A DNA stretch of 64,000 bases from assembly GCA_964016885.1 (NCBI GenBank), contig OZ024755.1, positions 10,168,001 through 10,232,000 on the forward strand, written 5' to 3'. This document shows, in pieces, positions 16,812 to 30,395 of this stretch (position 1 is its first letter; each line of letters opens with the position of its first letter). The position numbers were made by a program, and so were the translations under genes. The DNA is from Eledone cirrhosa (taxonomy: Eukaryota). Under the pieces are notes generated by a model, which made no database searches, was not told where the DNA came from, and saw only the letters and a list, made by a program, of their open reading frames with translations.

Positions 16812-17090
16812 TTGGGGTGAGGGTAAGTCATTTAACCCCCCACCCTCTCCTGGGTCTGGCTTTGTCGGGGCGACGGGGCTTGTGTGTTCCGTAAATCCAA
16901 GAGAGCGTTACCGTCTGGAGCTTTGCTCTTGGTGGGGCTACCGCTAGGCGGGTCTGTCTCTTGGGGGAGGTTCCAGACCAACTGACATCCTGCGGAGTGA
17001 GGGCTCATCACCAAGATGTCAGCCCCACTATCCGACTATTCTGCGGAGGTGCCAACAACCTGCCCAGAAGAACCATCAGCATGTTACGAA
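16812..17090 (+). mobile_element. Probable RTE-clade LINE 5' UTR fragment
   Basis: GC-rich island resembling RTE/Expander 5' ends as recalled (CTTTGTCGGGGCGACGGGGCTTG..GGAGCTTTGCTCTTGGTGGGGC..CCAGAC). Not aligned. Confidence 0.4.
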
Positions 17091-17104
17091 CACGAATGAA
17101 TGGC

Positions 17105-17615
17105 ATGAGATTTAGTGGTTAGGGTGTTTGACTCATACTTACAAGGTTGTGAGTTCGATTCCCGACGTCATGGTTTGTCTTCGAGTAAGATAGGTCATTT
17201 AATTGTTTCTACTTTTGTTTCTACGATAAAATAAAGTACAGTAATACACTAGGATAATTATCCAGGTGTATTACTGGTACTTTATTTTATCGACCCCGTA
17301 AGGATGAAAGGCAAAGTTAACCTCGGCGGGATTTGAACTCAGACTATAAAGAGCCTTAACTCTTTGCTGCAAAGCATGGCGTCCGACCTTCTACCGATAT
17401 TGCTCCATTCCACCCAACTGAAGTGTATCTGTAATTCGAAATGTACAGCTTTGTCACACACTGTGTTACACTGAATCTCCCAGAGAGAATTACTCTGAAG
17501 GTACATATATATGGCGGAATTTGTAACCACTTGCACATTAATTTAACGAGCATGTTGTTCGATTGATTGAATCAATCAGAACATTCGTCCTTGGAACTGA
17601 CGGAGATCCAACAAC
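17105..17615. mobile_element. Family 2 SINE interrupted by family 1 SINE pieces
   Basis: tRNA-like head at 17105-17200, minus-strand family 1 copy at ~17255-17400, family 2 body resuming at ~17415. Confidence 0.55.
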
Positions 17616-17943
17616 AACATTAATTTGCAATGCTAAAAATGGCGTCAGTTTTAAGACACCTGTTGACGCTATGTCTGCTGGGAAAAAAAACAATACTTCC
17701 GTAGATTTTCCACTTAATGCTGAAGAATCACTGTGAATGTTAGCAAGTTAACAACTACATCATTATCAGCATCATCATTATCATCATCATCATCAGCAGC
17801 ATTTGGTAGAAGTGGTTGTAGAAGGGAGGGAGAGTAGTAAAGGTAGGAGAGACGCAATACTGCAATAGGAAGAGGAGATAGCAGAGATAGTAGTAGTAGT
17901 AGTGGTGGTGGTGGTGGTGGTGGTAGTAGTAGTGGTGGTGGTG

Positions 17944-17975
<32 letters not shown>

Positions 17976-18477
17976 GGGAGAAGTAATGGTAGTAGTTGTA
18001 GGCTATGTTGGTAGTGGTGAAGGTGGCAGTTTTCTTGAAGGAAAGTTGTAAGACAGACTCTCTCACTCACTCTCTCTCTCTCTCACGCACACACGCACCC
18101 GTTTCCTCGTCATTAATGAAATAAGGTTGCGGTATGTAAAGTGACACGTAAGAAGCGATCGATGATAATCGATATGTGAGCTGTTACCCTTATCATACTG
18201 TCATCAATATCGGTTTTATTGTTTTTAAACATTGTTGTTGTTATCTGGTGGAAAGGTTCAGAGAACTGATAAAAACGTAGGAAATAAAACAAAACATAAG
18301 TAGTGTCTACACACACCACACCACACCACACCACACATACATACATATATATATACATATATATATATATGTAAAACATGAGAAGAATCGAATACTGCGT
18401 GGTTGCACATGGGTTACATATGATAAAAATAGTCGTTCATCAGTAATTTTCCAACCTTCATTGGTATTTCATCGCTT

Positions 18478-18532
<55 letters not shown>

Positions 18533-18534
<2 letters not shown>

Positions 18535-18721
18535 CGAAGGAAGTGTGGTAAGGAGCCAGGTGGATGATAACGCACCAGAGTACTCGATACGATGGGTAGT
18601 AGAGTGGGAAATAGGAAAAAGTATGACCCCGACGGCAGAGCTCAAGCCGTTTCGACGGCTATTTATGTCCAGAAATAGCCGTCGAAACGGCTTGAGCTCT
18701 GCCGTCGGGGTCATACTTTTT

Positions 18722-18726
<5 letters not shown>
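18533..18726 (-). mobile_element. Family A fold-back PLE-like mini element in (TA)n
   Basis: Perfect 54-bp arms 18611-18664 / 18673-18726 carrying the hammerhead 3' half GAAAC-GGC..GCC-GTC. The tail 18533-18610 is shared with other copies. Confidence 0.75.
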
Positions 18727-18764
<38 letters not shown>

Positions 18765-19146
18765 GTAGTACGGTTGCAGGCAAATGTGTACGGGTTCGAT
18801 CAGTAACAGATCTTGCCTCGAGCTGATCAACAGAGAAACATATGTAATATGTTAATAAATTGTGATTTGATTTGATGCAACACTGATTCCTCGTCCTTTA
18901 TAATATATCTATATATATACGTATATATGTGTGTATATATATATATGTGTGTGTATAATATATATATAAGTATATGTATTTTCGGTCATCTTGTACTTTT
19001 CTTGAAGATACTGTCCACCGAGTATCTATCATCAATATATCAATATCTGAATTCAGACAGCTTTTCAGAATAAAAGTAAATTTCAAATTATAGATATATA
19101 TATATATCTATATCTACCTATCTAACTCACTATCTATCTACCTTCC

Positions 19147-19213
<67 letters not shown>

Positions 19214-19220
<7 letters not shown>

Positions 19221-19358
19221 TAACAGATTAAAGTTTAAGCAAGGAATCGCTTTAATCTGTTATTTTAATAAATATTTGCTCTACCATTCTTATATATTTG
19301 ATATATATTTATCTTTATCGAGCCCTCTTTGGATTTTAGTCTTCAAATTTATTATTAT

Positions 19359-19361
<3 letters not shown>
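19214..19361 (+). mobile_element. Family B fold-back mini element in (TA)n
   Basis: Perfect 20-bp inverted arms 19214-19233 / 19250-19269, then AATAAA and the family B tail. Confidence 0.7.
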
Positions 19362-19389
<28 letters not shown>

Positions 19390-19979
19390 CTCACACATGC
19401 ATGTGTACATGAAAATGCACGCGTAACGTAATTTTATTAGTAGAAATGTGCAAGTGTTTCTATAGGCGTGGGCGTTCGTGTGTGTACAGTTGGTTTTTGT
19501 GTGCGTGGGCGTTCGAATGCGCATGCGTGAATTTGTAAAGATGAATGAAAGGATATTTATAGGCATATTTACGTGACCTTGAGCGTGTAGCAGTCTAAGT
19601 GAATTGTGTCCTCAGTATGTGCTTATGTATGCATATATTGTATATATGTTCGTGCATGTATGTATGTTGTGTGTTTGAGTGCATGTGTGTATATGTTTGT
19701 CTATGTATGTATGTATGTATGTATGTATGTATGTGTGAATGTATGTATGTATGTATGTATGTATGTGTGAATGTATGTCTCGCTGTGTGTTTGTTTGTGT
19801 GTGTGTGTTTTTGTATGCATATATGTATGCCTTGTTATGTATGAGTGTGTGTGTACGTTTGTGCATTTGCATTTTTCGTTGACATATGTATATCATTTTC
19901 ACTGAGTGAGAGTATGTGTTTATGTGTTTATGTGTATATATGTATCTGTGTGTAAGTTTATCATCGGAGTGTATTATGT

Positions 19980-20019
<40 letters not shown>

Positions 20020-22324
20020 GAGGAGGAGGAAGAGTTAGAAGAAGAAGAAAAAAAAACAGCAACAGCGGCAATAACCACCACCATCACCACCATCACCCTC
20101 ACCACCGTCACCACATCACCACAACTTCCGCCACCACCACCAACACCGCAACCACCACCACCGTCACCACCTTCACCACCATCATCACGAGCTGGACCAC
20201 CACCACCGCCACCATCACCACCACCACCACGATCACCATCGTCACCACCATCATCACGACCACCACCACGATCACCACCACCACCATCACCACCGTCATC
20301 ACCACCACCACCATCACCACCACCACCACCACCACCACCACCACGATCACCACCACCACCACCATCTCACCACCACCATCACCAAGAATAAGATGAAAGG
20401 AAACGGAACGATCAGCGATATAGAGCCGAATATTTGCTTTTATTGAACAGTGAAGCAACAATTCGTTCGATAATTGAACATGATTGGATGTGATTGATTC
20501 CCACTCCCCTTTCACGTATTCAACTTATCGATACATAATACGATTATAATATTAATCTGATGCTTCAGAAATGATTGAGTTTCACACACTCACACACACA
20601 TGTATGTTTATATATATATACATACGTATATATTTACACATACATACGTATAACATATATACATACATAATTACAAAAAACGTAACGGGTTGTGTGGTTG
20701 CTGTAAACATCCATAAACATACATACATACATACAAACATACATCTACATACATACATACAAACTTACACATATACAATAAATGTATACAATACATACAT
20801 ATACACATACAATAAATACATATATATATACATACATAATAGTTGCATCACGGTTTCAAAGAAATGCTATCACTTGATCTTTTTCTAACACATGGGTGAC
20901 ACGGACATGACTTTTAGCTTTTCTAAGGACTTAGATTCTTTTATGAATATGCTGCATCGACAGACAACAAAGAAAAGGTCTTTATCAGCTACGACCTGCT
21001 ATGTTCATGTAACATAAAAGTGAGATAAATACATACATGATAGCTGCAACCCGATTTCGAGTAATACCAACGCTTGATCATCACAGACGTGGCTTTTTAG
21101 TCCTGTAAGGGACTTGCTTATGGCCAGCAATGCTATACATCTCAATAAATTTGTCAAATATCAAGCGATGCCTGTGCTTGAAGCTTTTTTTGAGTGAGGA
21201 AAGGCTTTGCACTGGGCCAGCCCCACTCTCTGAACATCGAATGTATTTACTCAAAAAGAAGAACTGGTCTATATCATTAGATGTAAACGAAGTCGCAGGT
21301 TGTATATCAGAATGACCTTCTCCCAGGGAGATGTCTTCATACATACATACATACATACATACATACATACATGACGGGTGCAACTCGATTTCGAGTACTA
21401 CCATCGCTTGGCCGCGACATCTGGAACCTTCAAAAGATGAACCCTTGCACAAGTGTCAACGGCAATATCCTTTCTTTACAACCAAGCCACCGGGAAGGTT
21501 GCCGGTCAAACATGCGAACCCTCCCCACTACACATATATAGTCTTTATCTCTCTACACCCTTTAGCCCCCTTCTTTTCCCTTTCTTTGTTTCTCTCCTAA
21601 TCTCAACTCTGCCCCCAATTTCCTCTTTCCACCATACACACACACACACACACACACATCCCCAAACACACACACATCCCCAAACACACACATTCCCAAA
21701 CACAGACATACAGACATTCCCACACACACATTCTCACAAACCCATCCTACTCCCAGTTACAGACCAACCGAATATTGACCCAATTACGTCATTAACCACT
21801 TTATCTTACCTGTGCCGTCATAACCTCTTAAATACATATTTACTACATTCATTAAAGTTTACGTGGCAGTCAATCTTCTCGCGGTTACTTGACCTGCTAT
21901 AAATAGCAACCTAACTCCTTCAGACATAGAAGGATAGAAGGACAAAGTGAACAGTGAATGATTTCATGTGGAATGCGGAATGGCTATGGATAGAAAGCCT
22001 GCAGGCATCAGTGTAGATAATCAGGAGTCACCTTCGTGTTTAAAACAACACTTCAGACAAGGTTGTTTGTGAAAGACCAGCAGTCATCCCTGCATATAGG
22101 TCTCCCCTCTATAATATCTTTTTAGAAATGTTTAAGTTCTTTGCTAGAAGTCAACTACTTTGTTCATATAAATTTAGTGGTGTAAGGCGAAGGTGGCAGT
22201 AAAAGAGATTGGCGGCAGAGGTGGTGTTGGCCTTCGGTTCGTCTTCAATATTACAGCACAGTACAGACAGATGATACTCACTTGAGGTAACATAGAATTA
22301 TGTGCAAGAAAGAATTATGACGAC

Positions 22325-22930
22325 CGTGGATTGGCAGAGTCGTTGAAACGCTGGACAATTGTTTCGTAGTATATGTTAAGGCTCTTTATCTTCTGAGTTC
22401 AAATCTCGTCGAGGTCAATGATGCCTTTTATCCATCATAGGGTCGATAAAATAAAGTACCAGCTAAGAACTGGGGTTCGATATAATCGACTTTCTCCTTC
22501 CACAAAATTGCTGGCCTTGTGTTAATGTTACAAAGAATTTATGAGGACACTGAATTGGCAGAGTCGTTAGAGCGCCGGACAAATGCTTAGCAGTATATAT
22601 CACGTTCAAATGTTGTCGAGGTCAACATTTTTTATCATCCTCCCAGGGACGTTAAAAGTACCAGCTAAGTACTGGGGGTCATCATAATTGACTGTCTGCC
22701 TCTCCCCAAACTGTTGGCCTTGGATTGGCAATATCGATAGAGTGTCGGACAATCTGTTTTGTTGCATAGAGTTCAAATCCCCTGAGGTTAGCTTTGCCTT
22801 TCATCCTTACAGGATCGATAAAATAAAGTATCAGTAATGCACTGGGGTCAATTTAATCGACTTTCCCCTCCCCACAAAAAAAAAAAAAAAATTGTTGGCC
22901 TTGTCCCTAAATCAGAAACAATTATTATTA
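22325..22930 (+). mobile_element. Three tandem family 1 SINE copies
   Basis: Three repeats of TTGGCAGAGTCGTT..GTTCAAAT..GTCGATAAAATAAAGTA..TTGCTGGCCTTG. Confidence 0.7.
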
Positions 22931-22980
22931 GAAGTGTTGTTGAAGTAAGCCCCTACATTAGTTCTGATTAGGTAAACGTG

Positions 22981-24012
22981 AGTTGTGCTGCTGTTGTTGC
23001 TGTTATTGTTGTTGTTGTTATTGCTACTGCTATTGATGCTGCCGTTGTTGCTGCTGTTGTTGCTGCTATTGTCATTGCTGTTGTTGTTGCTGTTGATGCT
23101 ACTGTTGCTGTTATTGCTGCTGCTGTTGATGCTGCCGTTGTTGCTGCTGTTGTTGCTATTGTCATTGGTTGTTGTTGTTGCTGTTGATGCTACTGTTGCT
23201 GTTATTGCTGCTGTTGTTGCTATTGTTATTGCTGCTGTTGATGCTACTGTTGCTGTTATTTCTGTCGTTGTTGTTACTGCTGTTGTTGTTACTGCTGTTG
23301 TTGCTATTGTTATTGCTGTTGCTGCTGCTGTTCTTGATACTGCTGCTGTTGTTCATACTGCTGTTATTGCTACTATTATTGCCGTTGTTGCTGCTGATGT
23401 TGTAATTGCTGCTGCTATAGTTGATGTTGCTGCTTCTATAGTTGTTGCTGTTGTTGCTGCTTCTATAGCTGTTGTTGTTGCTGCTTCTATAGTTGTTGTT
23501 GTTGCTGCTGCTTCTATAGTTGTTGTTGCTGTTGTTGCTTCTATAGCTGTTGTTGTTGTTGCTGCTGCTGCTTCTATAGCTGATGCTGTTGTTGCTGCTT
23601 CTATAGTTGTTGTTGTTACTGCTTCTATAGTTAATGCTGTTGTCGCTACTTCTATAGTTGATGCTGTTGTTGTTGCTGCTTCTATAGTTGTTGTTGTTGT
23701 TGTTGCTGCTTCTATAGTTGTTGTTGTTGTTGTTGTTGCTTCTATAGCTGTTGCTGTTGTTGCTGCTTCTATAGTTGTTGTTGCTGTTGTTGCTTCTATA
23801 GTTGATGCTGTTGTTGCTGCTGCTTCTACAGTTGATGCTGTTGTTGTCGCTACTTCTATAGCTGTTGTTGCTGTTGTTGCTTCTATAGTTGTTGTTGTTG
23901 TCGCTACTTCTATAGCTGTTGTTGCTGCTTCTGTTGTTGTTGTTGCTGCTGTAGGTACTGTTATTGCTGCTGTTGTAGTTATTATTGCTGCTGTTGTCGT
24001 TGTTGCTGCTGT
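22981..24012. repeat. GTT/GCT trinucleotide array with GCTTCTATA nodes
   Basis: Seen directly. Confidence 0.9.
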
Positions 24013-24469
24013 AACGGACACGTTATTGCAAGGAAGCGTTGCATGAGAGAGAACGATAGAAACAAGTACGGTGCATCAACGCTATAATTAGGGCGTTATG
24101 GTTGCACTTTACATTCAGCATGTAAGGTGCAACTGGCAACAAGGCTTTTGTCTCAATACTCAACCGATCAATGTACAAATTTTTGGCATCGATACGTGGG
24201 CGGATCGGCTGACTCATGCTAAGCAATGCGTGCACATGCAGGCAGGTGTATCACTGCATATGTCTGTGTGTTTGTATGTAGGTAGGCTTGTATGCAGATG
24301 CACAGGTATGCACATGCACAAACACATTCACACCAGTGTGTATATATATATATGTGTGTGTGTGTATGTGTGTGCGTATTCGTGTGTGTGTGCGTCCAGG
24401 CTTTTATCCAGATACACTGATATACACCCACACACATTCACACACACGAACGTATATATATATATATAT

Positions 24470-24510
<41 letters not shown>

Positions 24511-25076
24511 TTGTGTGTGTGTATGTGTGTGCGTCCAGTCTTTTATCCAGGTACACTGATATGCTCCCCCATACACACATTCACGAACGTATATATATAT
24601 GCATATTATATATATGTATATATATATGCATATATATATATATGCATATATATATATATATGCATATATATATATATACATATATATATACATATACACA
24701 CATATATATATATATACATACACACATATACACACACACAAATACACAGTGCTATGAAATACGACATTTCTGTCAAAATATAAAATATGTTTGGATATCA
24801 CCTCTGTTTTAGAGGTCGACATGGATCGATGCTAAAATCTCAGTATCGATTTATATGAAATCCTACATTAATGTACTTTTAATTTTCGTGAAATTTCTTG
24901 CGAGCACGTGCTTGCAGCCCTCAATGATCTCCAAACGATAACCTCCTACTGGCATTCCTTATACCTGGCACCATGCAGTGCCAGGTATAAGGAATCGTTT
25001 GAAAAGATTCTGGTGTTAATCTGTTTGTAGGCTAATAAGTAATACGATAACAGAAACACGTAGCGAGAATATATAT

Positions 25077-25290
25077 ATAGGAAAATGTTCAAGACCCCGA
25101 CGGCAGAGTTCAAGCCGTTTCGACGGCTATTTCTCGACGCTATTTCTGGAGTCCAGAAATAGCCGTCGAAACGGCTTGAGATCTGCCGTCGGGGTCTTGA
25201 ACATTTTCTTATTACCCACTCTACTACCCTAAGTATTGAGCACTTTGGTGCGTTATGGTCCCCTTGGTTCCTTACCACACTTCCTTCGTT
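25077..25290 (+). mobile_element. Family A fold-back PLE-like mini element
   Basis: Inverted arms around a retained full stem II (GCTATTTCTGG-AGT-CCAGAAATAGC), then GAAAC-GGC..GCC-GTC and a tail ending CTTCCTTCGTT(AT)n. Confidence 0.75.
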
Positions 25291-25350
25291 ATATATATAT
25301 ATATATATATTCTATATATATATAAATATATATATTATACACATATATAT

Positions 25351-25500
25351 TGTTTCAGAAGATCCCGTTAAGGGTGAAAGCAGCGATTCTTTCCTTACAC
25401 TGTAATCTGTTATTTTAATAAATATTTGCTCTATGGCTTTATATATTTTGATATAAATATATTATCCTTATCTAGCTCTCTTCGGATTTTAGTCTTCACA
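25351..25500 (+). mobile_element. Family B mini element with variant hammerhead (CAGAAGA core)
   Basis: GTTT-CAGAAGA-TCCC-GTTAA-GGGT-GAAA-GCA.. then AATAAA and the family B tail. Confidence 0.6.
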
Positions 25501-25626
25501 TATCCTTACGGGGTCGATAAAATAAAGTACCAGTAATGTACTAGGTATTTGCTGGCCTCGTGCCAAAAGTAGAAACAATTATTATTATTATTAATATATA
25601 TATTTATATATATATATATATATATA

Positions 25627-25704
25627 TAGGGTGTCCTCAAAAATGCATACACACTATTATTAGAATGCTGTTGAAGTGGGTATACATTTTTGGGGGACAC
25701 ACTG
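25627..25704. mobile_element. Tiny Tc1/mariner-type MITE
   Basis: Imperfect ~26-bp TIRs (TAGGGTGTCCTCAAAAATGCATACAC / GGGTATACATTTTTGGGGGACACACTG) in a TA context. Confidence 0.6.
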
Positions 25705-25774
25705 TTATATGTGACGTAAATATTATGACGAGCGTAGGCGCTAGTGCGTGTCTGTGAATATGTGTGTGAGTATC

Positions 25775-25805
<31 letters not shown>

Positions 25806-25832
25806 ATACAGGTTATGCACAGATACATGCAT

Positions 25833-25864
<32 letters not shown>

Positions 25865-25956
25865 GCATCAACATAAACATACATATGCATATATATATAT
25901 ATATATATATATTCTCTCTCTCTCTATATATATATGTATATGTATATATATATATA

Positions 25957-26000
<44 letters not shown>

Positions 26001-26759
26001 AATATGCAAGTCGACTCCCACGTAATCTCATGAGAAATTAGTCACGAGACTCAACTATCAGCCACGTACACCTTCAGTACACATGAACTATTGTGTGTGT
26101 TAGTGTAGTTTTATGTATGTGTATATATGTGTGTGTGTGTTTCTATGTATGTGTATGTATGTATGTGTACGTATGTGCATCTATGTGTATGTATGTATAT
26201 GGATGTTTTTGTTAGTATCAATACATTTCTGTTAGTAAGTGTATTTTGATGTATGTGTATGCACGTATGTATGTGTTTGTGTAGATCTAGCTATGCGTGT
26301 GTGCGTGTGCGTGCTAGTGTCTATGAGTTTGTGTCAATAAGTGCATGTTTACGTATGTGTGTGTGTGTGTGTTTCTGTCTGCATGTCTGTGTGATTATAA
26401 GTATGCATGAACATATGTAGGTATATATGTACGTATGTATGTATGTATATTTGTATGTTTGTATGTATGTACGTATGAATGTATGTTTGTATATGTATGT
26501 ATATATATATATGTGTGTGTGTGCAGGAATGTGAGTATGTATGTTTATACTTAAGAGTTAGTTTCGGACACTGTAAGTCTATGTGTGTGTATGTATGTAT
26601 GTGTATAACAGAGTGTATGTTTGTGTGTGTGTGTGTCTATGTCAGTGTGTGTATAACACAGAATGTGTGTATGTATATGTATATATATATATTAGTGTAT
26701 AACACAAAGTGTGTGTTTCTGTGTTTTCTGTGGATCTGTGTGTGTGTATATGTGAGTGT

Positions 26760-27150
26760 ATGCTTTAGTGTATTACACAGAGCGTGTGTTTCTGTCTATG
26801 CGTGTGTATGTTTGAGTGTACTACACAGAGTGCGTGTGTATGTGTGTGTGTAGCCTTAAGTGTATTACACAGAGTGTGTGTGTATGTGTGTGTGTATCCT
26901 TGAGTGTATTACACAGAGTGTGTGTGTATGCTTGAGTGTATTACACAGAGTGTGTGTGTATATGTGTTTGTATCCTTGAGTGTATTACACAGAGTGTGTG
27001 TGTATGCTTGAGTGTATTACACAGAGTGTGTATGTGTGTGTGTGTATGCTTGAGTGTATTAGACAGAGTGTGTGTATATGTGTTTGTATCCTTGAGTGTA
27101 TTACACAGAGTGTGTGTATATGTGTGTATGCTTGAGTGTATTACACAGAG
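26760..27150. repeat. Minisatellite: TTGAGTGTATTACACAGAG units separated by variable (TG)n
   Basis: About 10 copies seen directly. Confidence 0.85.
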
Positions 27151-27635
27151 TGTGTGTATATGTGTGTATGTGTGTATGTGTATGACTGTGTGACACACAG
27201 ACATTGAGACAGCCACCCCCCCTCACACTATAGACATGTTACTGGCATTGTCTGGAGCTCAGGTATTATGTAGAGTAGCCAGGTATGTAGGTATTCTATG
27301 TCGTAGCTAAAACTTCAAGGCAAGGTCTAGAATACCTGTATTCTATACTATACCTTACATAATTTACCTGGGTAATCGACAGAAACCCTGGGAAATGTGT
27401 ACAGAGGGTTTAATTTAATACCTTTTTTAGGAGTTCTCTAGAATATCTGGATATTTATTCTGTACAAGACTTACTTTGGCTTTAACGTATAAACAGACAG
27501 AAGACTACACGGAGGAAGTGCTTCTGCAGATGTTCACACACACACACACATACAGACACACACATTTAACCACTCATATACACACACATATACACGCATA
27601 CAAAAACACACACGCACATATATATATATATATAA

Positions 27636-27677
<42 letters not shown>

Positions 27678-27760
27678 CAAAGTGTGTATGATTCTATGCA
27701 TATATACTTGCACATACACACACATTTGTGAATATGTATAGATATATATATATACATATG

Positions 27761-27794
<34 letters not shown>

Positions 27795-27811
27795 AATGTA
27801 TATATATAAAT

Positions 27812-27892
27812 AACGAAGGAAGTGTGGTAAGGTACATGGTGGACCATAACGCACCAGAGTACTCGATACTATGGGTAGTAGAGTGGGTAATA
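27812..27892 (-). mobile_element. Family A mini element, tail only
   Basis: Similar to 18533-18610. Minus strand reads ACTC-TACTA-CCCA-TAGTA-TC-GAGT. Confidence 0.7.
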
Positions 27893-27965
27893 TAAATATA
27901 TATGTATATAAATATATATATAAATATATATATATAAATATAAATATATAAATATATATATAAAT

Positions 27966-28002
<37 letters not shown>

Positions 28003-28169
28003 AATATATATATATATAAATATATATATAAATATATATATAAATATATATATATAAATATATATATATAAATATATATATAAATATATTTATATAAATA
28101 TATTTATATATATAAATATATTTATATATATAAATATATATATAAATATAAATATATATAAATAAATAT

Positions 28170-28202
<33 letters not shown>

Positions 28203-28259
28203 TAAATATATTTATATATATAAATATATATATAAATATAAATATATATAAATAAATAT

Positions 28260-28290
<31 letters not shown>

Positions 28291-29068
28291 AATAAATATA
28301 TATATATATAAATATATATATATATAAATATATATATATACACATATATGTATGTATGTGTGAGTGTGTGCGAACATTTGCGCAAGACGTTACGTATGCA
28401 CTAAAGTTTTGCGCATCCAAACGTTGCATGCGCAAGCGAGCGTTTTTGTAACGTGTTTATATGCAGGTGACTCGCCTGACACGCATGTATGTGTCTCTGT
28501 GTGTGTATGTATGTATGTATGTATGTGTGTATGTGCGTGTGTGCGTGTGTGAGCGTGAATGTGTGTCTTTGTATGTGTGCATCTTTCTATGCACGTATGA
28601 ATGTGCGTGCGTGCGTGTATGTGTGTATGTGCGTGCGTACATGTCCGCGTGCGTGTATGCATGTGTGTGTCTGTGAGTGCGTGCTTGTGTGTATGTGCGT
28701 GCGTACGTGTCTGCGTGCGTGTATGTGTGTGTGTCTGAGTGCGTGAGTGTATCTGTGTGAATGTGTGTCTTTGTATGTGTGTTGCAGCTTATTCAGCGGC
28801 ATATGGCTGCTATTGATCTCATTGATAGCACTAGAATGCATTCCTGCACATCTAACCTACCTACCAACTTACCATGCACAAGCCAGATGTCTACATTAGT
28901 GCTGCTACTTGGCCGACTACCTTAGTGCACTTCCGGTGCAGCAATAGCAGCACCAGTGCATAATCATATCCAAGTGTTTGCTGACGTGTGAACGCGTCAT
29001 ATACGTTTCTTTGCATTGATGCACAACAATGCGCACACAACAGAAACACACACATATACATACATACA

Positions 29069-29104
<36 letters not shown>

Positions 29105-29118
29105 TTCATATATGTAAG

Positions 29119-29150
<32 letters not shown>

Positions 29151-29167
29151 CATTCATATATGTAAGA

Positions 29168-29201
<34 letters not shown>

Positions 29202-29524
29202 TCATATGTGTAAGAAAATATATATATATATATATACATATGACAAAAACAATGAATACGTCTTCCTTCACTTTTTCCGTTTCCTTTACACGATTCATTC
29301 AACTATTGTCTATAATTATCAACTATTATTATCGTTATCTCGATAAAATAAAGTACCAGTAATACACTGGAATAATTGCTGGCCTTGTACCAAAAAGTAG
29401 AAACAATTATTATAGTCACTATATTTTCAATTTTTAAACTAGAAATCTTTATTTGCAGCAGTTCAGGAAAAAATGGTAGAAGTGATTGAAAAAAACCTTG
29501 CTGACTGGAAGATTAAATCTCTCT

Positions 29525-29583
<59 letters not shown>

Positions 29584-30395
29584 GAGAGAGAGAGAATGAA
29601 ATAAAAACTATAAATATTAAAGGATTAAACGATAATCATGTCAGGCTCAAGATTGCTCTGATCTCTTGACAGCATCTTTCCATTTTTTTTTATTTACTTC
29701 CTTTTAGTAGTGTGGTTGGCGGCGAGTTGAAGGAATTTTTAGAACGTTATAAAATGCTTTCCGATATTCACTCCAGCTCTCTGCTTTCTGAGTTCAAAAT
29801 CCGCCGAGTTAAACTTTGTCTTTCAGCCTTTTGAGGTCGATAAAAAGAGTATCAGTCTAGTATTGGGGTCGATTTTTCGTTTATATCTTTCTCACTTCCT
29901 CTTTCTCGCTTTCTCTATCCCTCCGTGGAAGAAATCTGCTCTGTTCAAACCTGGAGAGGGTTGGGCTCCGCCAGGCTTAAAATGATCAAGATACGCCGTA
30001 TAAAGCGCCCCGTCGACTCAAACAACGATACTAATACATCATTAGTGTAGTGTGAGAGGTAGCGAGTAGCAGTGTCGTTAGAAAGTTGAATAGATAACTT
30101 TGATGTATTTGTTTCGACTCTTTGTGGTCTGTGTTTAAATACCGTCATAACCCTAGCCTTAAACTTAACCCTCAGCCTAATCCTCTCGAGGTCGATAAAT
30201 AAAGCAGCAGTCCAATACAGGGATCGATTCTTACCCTTTTTCACTTTCTCTTTTACATTCCCTCCCTATCTTCCCTTGGAAGAAATGGGCTACTTTTAGA
30301 CATGGGAAGAGATTGGCTAAAGACGTCCCAACGACACAATCTGGAGTTCAGGAACTCTAGCATAAAGGGTGGCGTGTGAGGGTGAGTGGGTTAGT

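Noticed and set aside
13948-16947. Pro-, Gly-, Val-, Ser- and Leu-rich ORFs resembling extensin/mucin/glycine-rich proteins
   Set aside because: Trinucleotide arrays open in several frames on both strands, with no splice or domain support.
18975-19050. Possible minus-strand hammerhead (TTGATGA..GAAA)
   Set aside because: Mutated core, and stems I and III do not pair convincingly.
21081-21330. Minus-strand ORF of ordinary composition (DQFFFLSKYIRCS...)
   Set aside because: No recognisable domain and flanked by microsatellites; cannot be assigned.
22985-24046. TTIEAA mucin-like ORF
   Set aside because: A degenerate triplet minisatellite. It cannot be fully excluded without RNA data, but there is no unique coding context.
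26760-27150. CRISPR-like repeat/spacer look
   Set aside because: The spacers are just (TG)n variants, the context is eukaryotic and there are no cas genes.
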